A stretch of DNA of 64,000 bases from positions 1,516 through 65,515 of the forward strand of contig JASGIE010000059.1 in NCBI GenBank assembly GCA_049841055.1, read 5' to 3'. The position numbers were made by a program, and so were the translations under genes. Below are positions 11,301 through 20,812 of this stretch, in pieces (the first letter of the stretch is position 1; each line of letters begins with the position of its first letter). The DNA is from Paludibaculum sp. GTDB lineage: Bacteria; Acidobacteriota; Terriglobia; Bryobacterales; Bryobacteraceae. The notes below the pieces were generated by a model that saw only the letters and a program-made list of their open reading frames with translations, made no database searches and had not been told where the DNA came from.

Positions 11301-11913
11301 CAGTGGCCGTGGAGGGCGCGCCGTCGATGGTCAGGTCGTTCAGGTTGCCGCGCGTACCACCCATCGAGTAGTTGACGATGTGCGTAGGCTCGAACGGGCG
11401 ATCCAGGCGGACGCTGCCGTTAAAGGTCACGCCGGCGGTCAGGCCGATCAGCAGAAACGGATTGCCGTAGGACAGCGGCAGGTTGGCGACTCGCTTGGAG
11501 TCGATGACCGTGCCCGTCGAGGCGGACTCCGCGTTCAACAGAGGTAGATCTTCCGTGATGGTGACCGATTGGTCCTGCGTGCCGATTTCCAGGGCGAAAC
11601 TGATATCCAGACGGTCCGCAATCCGGACCTCAATCGTGTTCCGCGTGGCCTTCTTGAAGCCCGCCGCGGTAACTTCCACCTGATAGACGCCGGGCGAAAG
11701 CAGAGGGGCCGTGTAGAGACCGTCTGAATTCGTCGTCAACGTGAGTTTGTAGCCCATTGCCGGGTTGGCCACGACGACCGTGGCGCCAGGCAGTACGGCA
11801 CCGCTCGGGTCAGTGACCTTGCCGAGTATGGTGCCTCTGGCATCCTGCGACCAGGCCGGTAAGCCTGCCAGCAGGATGAATATCGCAAGAAGCGAGAAAA
11901 TGCGATTTTTCAT
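8335..11913 (-). CDS. TonB-dependent receptor with carboxypeptidase regulatory-like N-domain (Oar-like, acidobacterial type)
   Basis: Signal peptide, GTILGKVTDPSGAVLPGA, VQEFKVQTATFDAQFG, QFRAEALNAFNHP, C-terminal ARRLQLTARFTF. Confidence 0.93.
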   Translation of the reverse strand: MKNRIFSLLAIFILLAGLPAWSQDARGTILGKVTDPSGAVLPGATVVVANPAMGYKLTLTTNSDGLYTAPLLSPGVYQVEVTAAGFKKATRNTIEVRIADRLDISFALEIGTQDQSVTITEDLPLLNAESASTGTVIDSKRVANLPLSYGNPFLLIGLTAGVTFNGSVRLDRPFEPTHIVNYSMGGTRGNLNDLTIDGAPSTATANANEVTASYVPPTDIVQEFKVQTATFDAQFGQTQGGVTNISIKSGTNDFHGSAGYSFYRPNMLANDFFNNKSGLPTPNFEFNRWGGSISGPVVLPKIYNGHNKTFFLWGYEGITDSRPRHDDTTNTVPTAAMHDGDFSSLLASGSTYTIYDPATRVKLANGRYQQTPFAGNLIPKARFDAVGKAILDWYPTTPKSAGDAVGIGNFRDASLAETADYYNNTVRVDQNIGDRQRMFVRLSQYRRDSLYNDYFGNAFTGTQFLFDSKAGMIDHVITLSPTMVLNTRYSYNRFIRGSDGPASGEGFDISKLGFSPQYVSQVPKDIARFPRVNLTGYISNGFTGELRPVNNHTASATLTKASGKHNIRTGFEFRVYQEADKFFSNAQTGQFTFDATWTKGPLDNSATSPGSIGQSVAALLLGLPGSGSIARSADYIEASKSWGFFIQDDFKISRKLTLNIGLRYELETPLKERYNRSALGFDPNYTQSISAAAQANYATIYPSIAGGFSQLPPSAFALKGGMTFAGVNGNDGSLYNTPKNVFLPRIGLAYQLDSKTVIRSGFGMFAGFLGERRGDVIQNGFSQNTNMVLTRDSGLTWATTLANPFPDGISEPRGNADGYATYLGQGFSYFNQNPKLPMTSRWEFSLQRELKGFSLEASYIGSKTNHIELSTVTSGSSTTLGRNINTLPYQYLSKSPLRDDTTNNYLSANIANPLQGLVPGNTQGTFTSAQISRQTLLSPYPVFGSNAIYTSDNGGYSWYHSLQLTAQKRFSKGYTIMGSYTLSKWMQATNLLNPADALPVREISDADAPHRINFSGIWELPFGKGKPLLSNSNGFISRLVGGWQASGIWSLQSGFPLAWGNYIYYGDPASILRPSDQRTPENWFNIAGFETASAKQLLSNQVRTWPLRFAQLRRQRQNNVDLALIKDTRIREGMNFQFRAEALNAFNHPYFPSPNMTVTTAQSAGATGFGQINASTQDNYARRLQLTARFTF

Positions 11914-12076
11914 TTCCATTCCTTTCTGATACGCTGCGCCGGCCCGGACGGGCACGGTTCCCAGCCGTGCGATCCGGACCGCATGGAACTACCCCAATTC
12001 ACCGCGCGCTTGACCGCGCACGATGCCTGAATACCCAACCTTGCGGCGGCGGACACTCTTACTGAGGGGAGACACC

Positions 12077-14653
12077 TCATTCCGCCACCAGACGGATATG
12101 ATCCAGAAGCCCGGAAAGTTCCGGCTTCATGTTGTGCATATCCTGCATTTGGAACCGTTCGCCGTACTTGGCCGCGACTGCCTTGTAGTCCGGCTCTCCC
12201 TGGCTGGCCATGCGGTTCAGCGCCGTATTGGCCACCACTACCTTCAATTCGTTACGGCCTTCCTTCAACAGGCCCGTGAGTTCCACCCGATAGGGCGGTG
12301 CCCATACGGACCCGGCCCGTTGTCCATTCACATAAATCACCGCGGCATCCCGCACCGGAGCCTGCAGCCAGGCACGCATCCCGTTGGCCAGCCGTGACTC
12401 AGGGACCGGCCTGGCTTCGCCGAAGTCCAGCTGTACGCGGCCGGCGGCCAGCTCTTTCGAGACGGTGACCGACTTTTCGTAAACCGCCGTGCCGGAGAAA
12501 TACCTTGTCGACGCGTCTTCCGTCCAGGAACTCAACTGCTCCATTCGGATGGACTTGTCGAGCCCCTCGAAACTGACCTTCCAATCCGTGCTCAAATCCA
12601 CGGCTGCGCCCGCTGCCCGCTTTGCCGGTTGCGCCGGCTTTGTCTCCCTCGAGAAGACGGCGACCAGGGAAGAGTAAGGATGCAGCGTGACCTCCTCTCC
12701 CATCGCCAGGGTCTTGCCCGAGAGCGGATCCAGCCATTCCGGCTTTTGTCCATCCGTGCGAAATCGGAGTTTGCCCTTGTAGATCTGGTTGCTCGTGTTT
12801 GCCACGAAGTAGATGTCGGCGCCGGCCACCCTGCGATGGGCGAAGCCGAGTTGCTTATTTGCCGGCATCCAGGTCAGATCGGGGGTTCTCGAAGCCGCGA
12901 TCGTCGCCCCCAGCGATTTGTCGTCGGCAACAAAACGGCCCGGGGCGCCGGGCGCGTCGAACAGCCGTGCTGAGATCTCCCGAATCTGCCTGGCTTCGTT
13001 CTCCGCGTCCAGTAACCCCGGGCCCAGTGAAGGCTTCCGCCTTACTGCCACTAAAAGTCCGCCACCAACCGCGAACCGTTCCAATTGGCGGTAGCTGGAC
13101 AGGGGGATTCGTTCCACGTTCGGCAGCACCACGACACGGTAGCCGCCTTTCGCCAGGGCCTGCTCCATCAGGCCGTCATCGACACCGTCGAAGCCGAAAC
13201 CGGCGTCCAGAATCTGCGGGATCACTTCAGGGCCGGTGACTTCGGCCAACTGTCGATCGATAGAGACATGACCGGAGCCCGCGGTGAAGCGGGCCCGTAT
13301 ATCGCTGATTGGGACGTACAAGGCCACATCGTTGACAGGCTTGCCCTGCCGCATCAGCCAGCTGAGGCGCTGCAAATAGGCGGATACGTCGGGCATGACG
13401 ATCCACCAGGGATTGCTGTCGTTAAACGAGGCGGCGGCGTAGAAGCCCCAGCCGGGCTTTCCGGCGCTTTCGGGCGAGTAGGGCCAACCATGGCCAATCA
13501 ACTGGTTGACGCCCTGCAGGAAATGGCGGTCTGCTTCCGCCTTGATGTCGAGGGGGGTGGCGGCAAAGGTGGGGGAATGCAGCCAAGTCCAGGTCTCGGT
13601 TGCCGTGACGGGCTTGCCCAGGACATGATTGGCCGACGAAGCCCATCTCGTGGCGCTGAACTGGCGCCAGTGCGGCTGTTCGCCGTCGGCCAGGTCGACG
13701 AAGCGCTGGCTGGAGAGGGTGACCGGCGGCGTGCCGTAGGTCTGCGAACGGAAGAGCGTACCGTGCGCATGGGCCCAGGCCCGGGCCGGCGCCAGAAAGC
13801 GCTCTTCCACGAGTTCAGTGAGCGTCAGGGCCCAGTCGTTCCGAATGGCGCCCTTCTCTTCCGTGAGCTCACCGACCAGCGCCGGCAGCCTGGGTTTCAG
13901 ATCGTAGCCACGCCGCCGTTGGAATTCCGACAGCAGGTCCGTGGTCCAATCCGAGCCAAAGACTTCCAGGCTGTCATTAAAGATGGCATAGGGCGGATGT
14001 TCACCAAACGCTTTCAGCAGCGGCTCCCCCACCGTTTGCAGGTGTTTGTCGAGAGCTGCCCGGTTGTAGTGATCGAGGACGAAGCCTTCCGCGCCCGCGG
14101 AGGCCCGCTTCACTTTCATGCCCGTGTGGCCGGCGATAAAGACAAGATTCTGTTCGGGGAACGCCGCCACCACGGATTCCCCTTCCTTAAGGACCGGCGT
14201 CCCCGAGGTCCGCTCGACGCGCAACCGTCCGGCAGCCATCTCCAAAGGAATGTGAGGGCCGCCGTAGGGCCACCCGCTGCCGAGCGTCATGTCCACCCGC
14301 AGGCCCAACTTGCGTCCGGTCTCGGACGCGAATTTCAGCGACTCCAGGAAGTCCGGCGAGAGAAACGCGAGGTTGCGGATCTTTTGCTCGGGATTGTCCA
14401 GCGCCAGGGGATACACGGGCTGGATCTCGACGCCCCCAATGCCGCCCGACTTCATCGCCTCCAGTTCCCGCTGCAGTTCGTGCCGTGTCACCGCCGGACC
14501 GAACCACCACCACCGCATCATGATCCTGCTGTCCGCTGGCGGGGCGGCGAAGGTAGCCCGAAGGTCGTCGATGGAGGACGCTGAGGCGGCGAGACTGGCG
14601 GACAGGACCAAGGCGAAGAGGCGGGCTGCCTGGCCCACGAAGCGGTAGTACAT
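12077..14653 (-). CDS. Glycoside hydrolase, GH106 (alpha-L-rhamnosidase)-like
   Basis: IMMRWWWFG, MKSGGIGGVEI, LGSGWPYGGP, DRHFLQGVNQLIGHG, C-terminal VYVNGQRAGSVW...LKVVVANT beta-sandwich. Confidence 0.8.
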   Translation of the reverse strand: MYYRFVGQAARLFALVLSASLAASASSIDDLRATFAAPPADSRIMMRWWWFGPAVTRHELQRELEAMKSGGIGGVEIQPVYPLALDNPEQKIRNLAFLSPDFLESLKFASETGRKLGLRVDMTLGSGWPYGGPHIPLEMAAGRLRVERTSGTPVLKEGESVVAAFPEQNLVFIAGHTGMKVKRASAGAEGFVLDHYNRAALDKHLQTVGEPLLKAFGEHPPYAIFNDSLEVFGSDWTTDLLSEFQRRRGYDLKPRLPALVGELTEEKGAIRNDWALTLTELVEERFLAPARAWAHAHGTLFRSQTYGTPPVTLSSQRFVDLADGEQPHWRQFSATRWASSANHVLGKPVTATETWTWLHSPTFAATPLDIKAEADRHFLQGVNQLIGHGWPYSPESAGKPGWGFYAAASFNDSNPWWIVMPDVSAYLQRLSWLMRQGKPVNDVALYVPISDIRARFTAGSGHVSIDRQLAEVTGPEVIPQILDAGFGFDGVDDGLMEQALAKGGYRVVVLPNVERIPLSSYRQLERFAVGGGLLVAVRRKPSLGPGLLDAENEARQIREISARLFDAPGAPGRFVADDKSLGATIAASRTPDLTWMPANKQLGFAHRRVAGADIYFVANTSNQIYKGKLRFRTDGQKPEWLDPLSGKTLAMGEEVTLHPYSSLVAVFSRETKPAQPAKRAAGAAVDLSTDWKVSFEGLDKSIRMEQLSSWTEDASTRYFSGTAVYEKSVTVSKELAAGRVQLDFGEARPVPESRLANGMRAWLQAPVRDAAVIYVNGQRAGSVWAPPYRVELTGLLKEGRNELKVVVANTALNRMASQGEPDYKAVAAKYGERFQMQDMHNMKPELSGLLDHIRLVAE

Positions 14654-14802
14654 TCAATGTCCTCTGAACGGCAGGAGGCGGCTGACTTGGTTTCGGGCGG
14701 TTCTACAGATATATCAGTCGATTCCACGCCCAAAACGGTTGCGCTACACTACTGTTCGTGATTAGGTTCAGGTATTGAAGGTAAGGGTTCAACGATCCGA
14801 GG

Positions 14803-14821
14803 CTAAGAAGATTCTAAGAAG
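14803..14821. promoter_or_regulatory. Direct repeat CTAAGAAG x2 (11-bp period), candidate winged-helix operator
   Basis: CTAAGAAG at 14803-14810 and 14814-14821 in the divergent GH106/regulator spacer. Confidence 0.45.
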
Positions 14822-14824
14822 TTC

Positions 14825-16971
14825 TTGAATTTGAGCGGTAACGTGTTGGAGAGACGGCGAATTTATCAGTTCGGTGCGTTTGGGCTCGACGCCTCGGCGA
14901 AGGTGCTGCTGCGTGAAGGCGAGCCTCTCCACCTGACCAGAAAAGCCGCTGAAACGCTACTGATTTTGGTAGAGCAGTCGCCTCAGGTCGTTACCAAGGA
15001 AGAGTTAATCGCCGCCATCTGGCCGGATCGCGTTGTGGATGAGGCGAATCTGGCCCAAAACATAGCGGTAGTCCGGAAAACCCTGAATGTGGAGAAGGGA
15101 GCCGCCGGCTACATCGAGACGTTCGCCGGTCTGAGGTTACCGCATTGTCGGGCCGGTTACCTGCCTGGAAGAGGCAGCCCGGGTCGGCGAGCCCCGCGCC
15201 GCCGCCACGGTCGAATCGGAACGAGCGCATACAGTCCCTGCGGCCACCGAGCCATCGAAAGACCGGCGAGCGTTGTCGTGGGTCCTGGGCGCCGGCCTCT
15301 TTGCAGCAGTCGCCTTCACGGTATTCCTGCTCTGGCCCAAAGCGCCGCCTGTCCCGCCGCACATCACTCCTGTAACACGGTTAGCGGGGAAGGAATACCA
15401 GCCCGCACTGTCGCCTGATGGGACGAGCGTGGCGTTCTTATGGGAACAGGGTGTCGGTCAACCGGCCCAGATCTGGGTCCAGCCTACCGGTGGAGCGCCT
15501 CGACTGGTCACCAGCGCCCCTGGGTCGTATTCGAGCCCGACCTGGGCGCCGGACGGGCGCTCCATCGCCTGCTTGCGTTTCCGGGAATCCTCGGGCGAAC
15601 TGATCATCCTGCCGCTACAAGGAGGATCCGAGCGGGTTGTGGCGCCGGTCCTGGCCACCCGCTACGGCCTCTCGAATCCCCATCTGGCGTGGTCGCCGCG
15701 AGGCGACACCATCGCCATGGATGACGCCGTCAATCAGAACCAGCCCTTGGGCATCTTCCTGGTCAGTGTGGGCACGGGGCAGAAATCACGCCTGACCAAG
15801 CCCGAGGATCTGATTATTGGCGACATCGATCCTCACTTCTCGCCGGATGGGTCGACCATCTCGTTCATTCGGGCGTACCACCGCGCCTACCAGGAATTGT
15901 TCACCATCCCCACGACAGGCGGTGAGGCTCGCAAGCTCACGTCCGATATCCGGGAGATCTCGGCTCAGTCCTGGTCCTCCGACAACCGGTCGATCTTCTT
16001 CGCCTCCAACCGTGGTGGAGAGTTTCGCATCTGGCGCCTGGAGCCGGGCCGCACCCCAACGCCGACCGGCGTCTATGCCGAATTCCCCATTCAGTTCTCC
16101 TTTTCCCTGAAGACTCATTCCCTCATCTACGCGGTGGTCCAGTCCGACCCGAACATATGGCGGCTCAGCGTCAACCCGCCGCACACCTGGACTCGGGTGA
16201 TCGCGTCCACGGGACAGGACGCTTCACCGCAATACTCCCCCGACGGCAGCCGGGTCGCCTTCCGGACCGATCGGACGGGAGACGAGCAGATCTGGGTCTC
16301 CAAGTCCGACGGAAGCGCTCCTGTCGAGGTGACCGCAGGGAAGCTGAGGCCGTCCGTGGCGCGCTGGTTGCCTGATGGCAAGTCCCTGGTTTTCAATAAC
16401 TCCAGGACGAAAGAACTGTACATCGCCAGCGAGGTGGATGGTTCCTGGCAGGTCAAACCGTTCGGCGAAGTGGGTGTCCACCCCGTGTACGCCCCCGACG
16501 GGCAGTGGATCTACGCCGGACTGGACGATTCCATCGTCAGGTTCCCGGCCCATGGCGGCAAAGGCCAGACGGTTCTACAAACCCGCGGGCTGTCTCTCGA
16601 TATCGCGCCCGACGGGAAATCGCTCTATTTGCGTACGGGAACCCACCGACACTCAGCTCTGGACCGCGGATCTGCAATCCGGCAAGGTGAGCCGCGTTCT
16701 GGAGGGACTCGTCCCCTATTGCACGAGTTGCTGGGCGGTGGAGCCCGATGGCATCTATTTCCTCGGTGTGCGAACCAACAACGCGAGCCTGCAGTCCATC
16801 TACTTCCTGGACTTCCGGACTCATTCGACGCGGCTGGTGGCCGACTACCCGGAACCCATACTGCCCATCGGCATCGGGCCGTTCTCTCTCTCGAGGGATG
16901 GCAAGTCGCTGCTGACGGTCCGGTTGGACCCCTCGAACAGCGACCTCCTCCGCGCGGACGTATTTCCTTAA
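14825..16971 (+). CDS. CadC/ToxR-like winged-helix transmembrane regulator with TolB/PD40 beta-propeller (apparent frameshifts ~15130, ~16630)
   Basis: YQFGAFGLD...VTKEELIAAIWPDRVVDEANLAQNIAVVRKTL...YIET; TM; repeated P.(W/F/Y)SPDG motifs. Confidence 0.88.
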
Positions 16972-18452
16972 GCGCCGGCTTCCAAGAACAAACCGAATTC
17001 CGAAAGGGCAGGGCAGACAGGTGATTTCGTCACCCGAAGTCGCACCTTCGTCGTGGTCAACTTCTCGGCTGATTTGATCAAACGGCAGGATCCGACACTG
17101 CCGGCTTCGCCCACCGTCGCCCAGGCGCCATCCTTCCACTGGTCCACTGCGATCCCTTCCACCCGCTGGCCCAGCTTGAGGTTCTCTCTCACCCGGATCA
17201 CATTGAAGGTACACGGTTGCCCGAGGTCCAGAACCACTTCCGCGGTCGTGACGGCATCGTCGGTACTCCAGTAGGTGTAGCGGTCGCCATCCAGCAGCCG
17301 TTCCGCCGCGAATGTCTTGCTGTTGCCGCGCACGTTCGACGCGGTCACTTTGGCTTTGGCTGCCAGGTTGACGGCAAAGGTGGCGCGCAGCATGTCGCCG
17401 AAGCCCTTGAGAGACGCCGTGTCCGCTTCGTGCAACAGTCCCCGCCGATCGGGCGGAATGTTCAGCAGGAAGCTGCCGCCGCGGCCCACTGACTTGTAGT
17501 ACAGATCCATCAGGTCGCGCGACGACTTCACCTTCGCGTTTTCCTTCTCGTGCCAGAACCAGCCGGGCCGGATGGAAACGTCGCATTCCGCCGGCAGCCA
17601 CTTGGAGCCGCCGCGGGTACCTCCCATCGATTCCTTGGTCTTCACGTTGCCAGGTGAAGCAGGACCGCCATCTTCACCCACCGGCTCAAACGTCGCCCAA
17701 CTTGTTTCCGCCGCGTAGCCCTTCTCGTTACCGACCCAGCGGATATCCGGGCCGACGTCGCTGAAGATTACGGCATTCGGCTGCAGTTTTCGAACCAGAG
17801 CCCAGGTGGTGGGCCAGTCGTAGTACGTCTTCTTATCGATGCGCCGCTTCTCCCTGGCGCCCCCGTAGTAGCCGTCGCCGCCATTGGCGCCGTCATGCCA
17901 TACCTCATAGATCGGACCGTACTGCGTCAGCAGCTCCGTCAACTGCGCGCGGTACATCGAGATGTACTCCGGTGACGCGTACTTGGGCGTGTTCCGGTCC
18001 CAGGGAGACAGGTAGACACCGAACTTGAGTCCGTGTTTCGAGGCCGCCTGCGCGATCTCTTTCACGACATCTCCCTTCCCACCGCGCCACGGGCTGGCCT
18101 TCACCGAATGTTCCGTGGTTTTCGTGGGCCAGAGACAGAACCCGTCGTGATGCTTGCAGGTCAGAATGACGCCCTTCATTCCGCCGGCCTTCAGCCCGCT
18201 GACGATGGCGTCGGCGTCGAAGGCGGTCGGATTGAAGATGGACGGGCTCTCATCGCCGAAACCCCACTCCTTGTCGGTAAATGTATTGGTGGTGAAGTGC
18301 AGGAAGCTATAGACCTCCATCTCGTGCCACAGCAGTTGCCGGGCAGAGGGAAGAGTGCCGAAAGGCGCGGGTGCGGCCGGCGCGGCGAGCGCCCTGCGGG
18401 TCAGGCCGGCGGCGGCCGGCAGCGACAGAAGGAAAGTACGGCGATCAGGCAT
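16968..18452 (-). CDS. Alpha-L-fucosidase GH29 with F5/8-type C domain, Tat signal
   Basis: RRTFL twin-arginine; ILTCKHHDGFCLWP, VYLSPWDRN, WHDGA, ECDVSIRPGWF, LLNIPPD. Confidence 0.93.
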   Translation of the reverse strand: MPDRRTFLLSLPAAAGLTRRALAAPAAPAPFGTLPSARQLLWHEMEVYSFLHFTTNTFTDKEWGFGDESPSIFNPTAFDADAIVSGLKAGGMKGVILTCKHHDGFCLWPTKTTEHSVKASPWRGGKGDVVKEIAQAASKHGLKFGVYLSPWDRNTPKYASPEYISMYRAQLTELLTQYGPIYEVWHDGANGGDGYYGGAREKRRIDKKTYYDWPTTWALVRKLQPNAVIFSDVGPDIRWVGNEKGYAAETSWATFEPVGEDGGPASPGNVKTKESMGGTRGGSKWLPAECDVSIRPGWFWHEKENAKVKSSRDLMDLYYKSVGRGGSFLLNIPPDRRGLLHEADTASLKGFGDMLRATFAVNLAAKAKVTASNVRGNSKTFAAERLLDGDRYTYWSTDDAVTTAEVVLDLGQPCTFNVIRVRENLKLGQRVEGIAVDQWKDGAWATVGEAGSVGSCRLIKSAEKLTTTKVRLRVTKSPVCPALSEFGLFLEAGA

Positions 18453-18553
18453 GTCGGATGGGTCTCTCCCTAGAACTATAGCGCTAGAGCCGGCGCCATC
18501 CGGCGGCCGGCTGCCTTGCCCGCCGCTCGAGGCGTGTAATACAATCCCCCACG

Positions 18554-19788
18554 ATGGCGGCCATGTCGCACAATGGCGCTTCCACGCACGAAGCGCTTGC
18601 CGCGGAACTGTTCGCGGCTATTCTCCAAAGCCCCTCGTTCGTCAAGGCCCCGTCGCTTCGCCAGCTGCTCACGTTCCTCTGGGAGCACCGTAACGAGGCG
18701 ATCACCGAGCACACCCTGGCCACTCAAGCGCTGGGCCGCCCGTCTTCCTTCGATCCGCGGGTCGACGCCACGGTGCGCGTGGTGGTGGCGCGGCTGCGCC
18801 AGAGGCTGAAGGACTACTACGCCTCCGACGGCGTGGATTGCCCGTTGCGTCTCAGCATCCCGCTGGGTGGGCATCAGCTCGCCATCGAACTCAAGGAAGT
18901 CCAGCCGCCCGCTGCTGCTGCGGATCCGGAGCCGGCCGCTCCACCGATCCGGCGCCCTGTCCCATGGATCCCGATTGTCCTGGCCCTGGGCGCTGCGGCC
19001 GCGGGGCTTCTCATCGGGCAACTGCTCCCGCGGCCCGGCCAGATCCGGCCACCTTTGCCCCGTTTCTGGACCGCCTTCCTGCAAGGTGGAATGCCGACCT
19101 CCGTTTATGTGCCTACGCCCGTCTTCGTTACCTGGGCTGATAGTCCGGTCAGGATGCGGATGTTCGCATCAACGATCCGCGGAAGATGCTGGAATCCGCC
19201 GAGATCGCGGCCCTGGCGAAGCGATTGGGCCCTCCTCAGATTTCGCAGAACTACGTTGTGGGTCACGATACTTTCGCGGCGGTCAAGCTGGTCCAGTTTC
19301 TGGAAAAACGTGGCGTCCACGTGCAACTGTCCGGCACCGGGTCGATGCCCAGCGGTGCTCCGCGTGACAGGAACGTGGTGCTGCCTGGCACATCCTGGAG
19401 CAGTTCCGGCGTCCGCGCCGCGACCATGGGCGCCAACTTCCAGATCTCGGTGGAGAACAGCGATATCATCGTCAACCTGGCGCCGAAGGCCGGCGAACAG
19501 GCGGAGTACCGGAGCCGCCAGATCAGCCCGCGCCGGGCGGTGCAGTATGGCACGATCCTGCACCGTACAACTTCGCCGCAGACGCGCCAGCTCGCCCTGG
19601 CAGGGGTGGATACCGACGTCCTGGTTGGTTTCCTCACCGCCGATGAGAATCTGGAGGAACTGGAGCAGGCGTGGCAGCAGGCAGGACGTCCTTCGGATTT
19701 CGAGGCCCTCGTGGAAGCCGAAACCGAAGGCGAGACCGCGCTGCGCACACACCTGGTCGCCTTCCGGCCGATTCCCGGGACGCATTAA
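18554..19788 (+). CDS. Membrane-anchored putative regulator with N-terminal winged-helix-like domain (apparent frameshift ~19165)
   Basis: ILQSPSF...LRQLLTFL...ALGRPSSFDPRVDATVRVVVARLRQRLKDYY; TM; extracytoplasmic domain in ORF 19186-19788. Confidence 0.75.
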
Positions 19789-19868
19789 TCGTTCACGGTG
19801 CCCCCGCCGATCTGACCGCGCATGCCCGGCAGGTTCTGGAGGAGGCGCTTGATACAATCAAGGTCCGC

Positions 19869-20651
19869 ATGAACACGCAAACCAACGCTGCTCAACTGAA
19901 GGAACGTCTGCAGGCCGGCGAGACCGTCCTAGGCTGTTTTCTGAGCCTCGGTTCGCCGCTGACCGCTGAATTGATGGGGCTGGCCGGCTATGACTGGTCG
20001 CTCATCGATCTGGAGCACGGCGCCGGTGGGGAAGTGGAAGCGTTAGCCCAAATGCAGGCACTCGCCGCGACTTCGTCCGCCGCCATCGTCCGGGTCGAGT
20101 CGAATGCTCGCCAGCGAGCGCACCGGGTGCTGGACTGCGGAGCCCACGGCGTCATGTTCCCGCGCATCGATACGGAAGAAGACGCGCGCGCGGCCGCCGC
20201 CGCCATGCGCTACCCACCGCTTGGTGTCCGTGGCGTGGCCTTCTCCAATCGAGTCTGCGAATACGGAGCGAATTTCCGGCCTTATCTGGAGGCCTCGGCC
20301 AGCGCGCTGCTGACGATCGTCCAGATCGAAACCCGAACCGCGGTGGACAATGTGGATGCCATTGCGGCGGTGGAGGGCGTGGATGTGCTGTTCATCGGAC
20401 CCTCCGATCTGTCTCACTCTTATGGTGTTCTGGGCCAGTTCGACCATCCGGAGTTCACTGCGGCCATCGCCAAGACCGTTGAGGCGGCACGCCGGCACGG
20501 GAAGGCGCTTGGCATCCTTCTTCCCAAGCCCGACGACCTGGAACTCTACCGTTCGCTCGGATTCCGTTTCATCGCTTCCGGGTCCGATGCGGTTCTGCTG
20601 AACAATGCGGCCCGGTCACTGGTACACAATTTGCGCACCCAGTTGACGTGA
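19869..20651 (+). CDS. HpcH/HpaI class II pyruvate aldolase (RhmA/GarL-like)
   Basis: IDLEHG, RYPPLGVRG, IVQIET, VDVLFIGPSDLS. Confidence 0.92.
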   Translation: MNTQTNAAQLKERLQAGETVLGCFLSLGSPLTAELMGLAGYDWSLIDLEHGAGGEVEALAQMQALAATSSAAIVRVESNARQRAHRVLDCGAHGVMFPRIDTEEDARAAAAAMRYPPLGVRGVAFSNRVCEYGANFRPYLEASASALLTIVQIETRTAVDNVDAIAAVEGVDVLFIGPSDLSHSYGVLGQFDHPEFTAAIAKTVEAARRHGKALGILLPKPDDLELYRSLGFRFIASGSDAVLLNNAARSLVHNLRTQLT

Positions 20652-20693
20652 GAATCACTGTTTTCCCGGGGAGTCAATCCCCTGGCCGCAGCA

Positions 20694-20723
20694 TTGACAG
20701 TACCTTAAGCTCTTTTCTATCCT
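20694..20723 (+). promoter_or_regulatory. Putative sigma70 promoter of ABC-pncB-pncA operon
   Basis: TTGACA (20694-20699), 18-bp spacer, TATCCT (20718-20723). Confidence 0.6.
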
Positions 20724-20812
20724 CATATTCGTCAAGCTCACGAGATGAGGACGAAGACCGTCTATTTCTCCTGGGACGGAACTCGTCCCGCATCCCCGTT
20801 AAGGATGAATAA

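Noticed and set aside
20730-20812. NAD+-I (nadA) riboswitch
   Set aside because: I do not see its conserved core or tandem architecture; kept only as an unclassified leader
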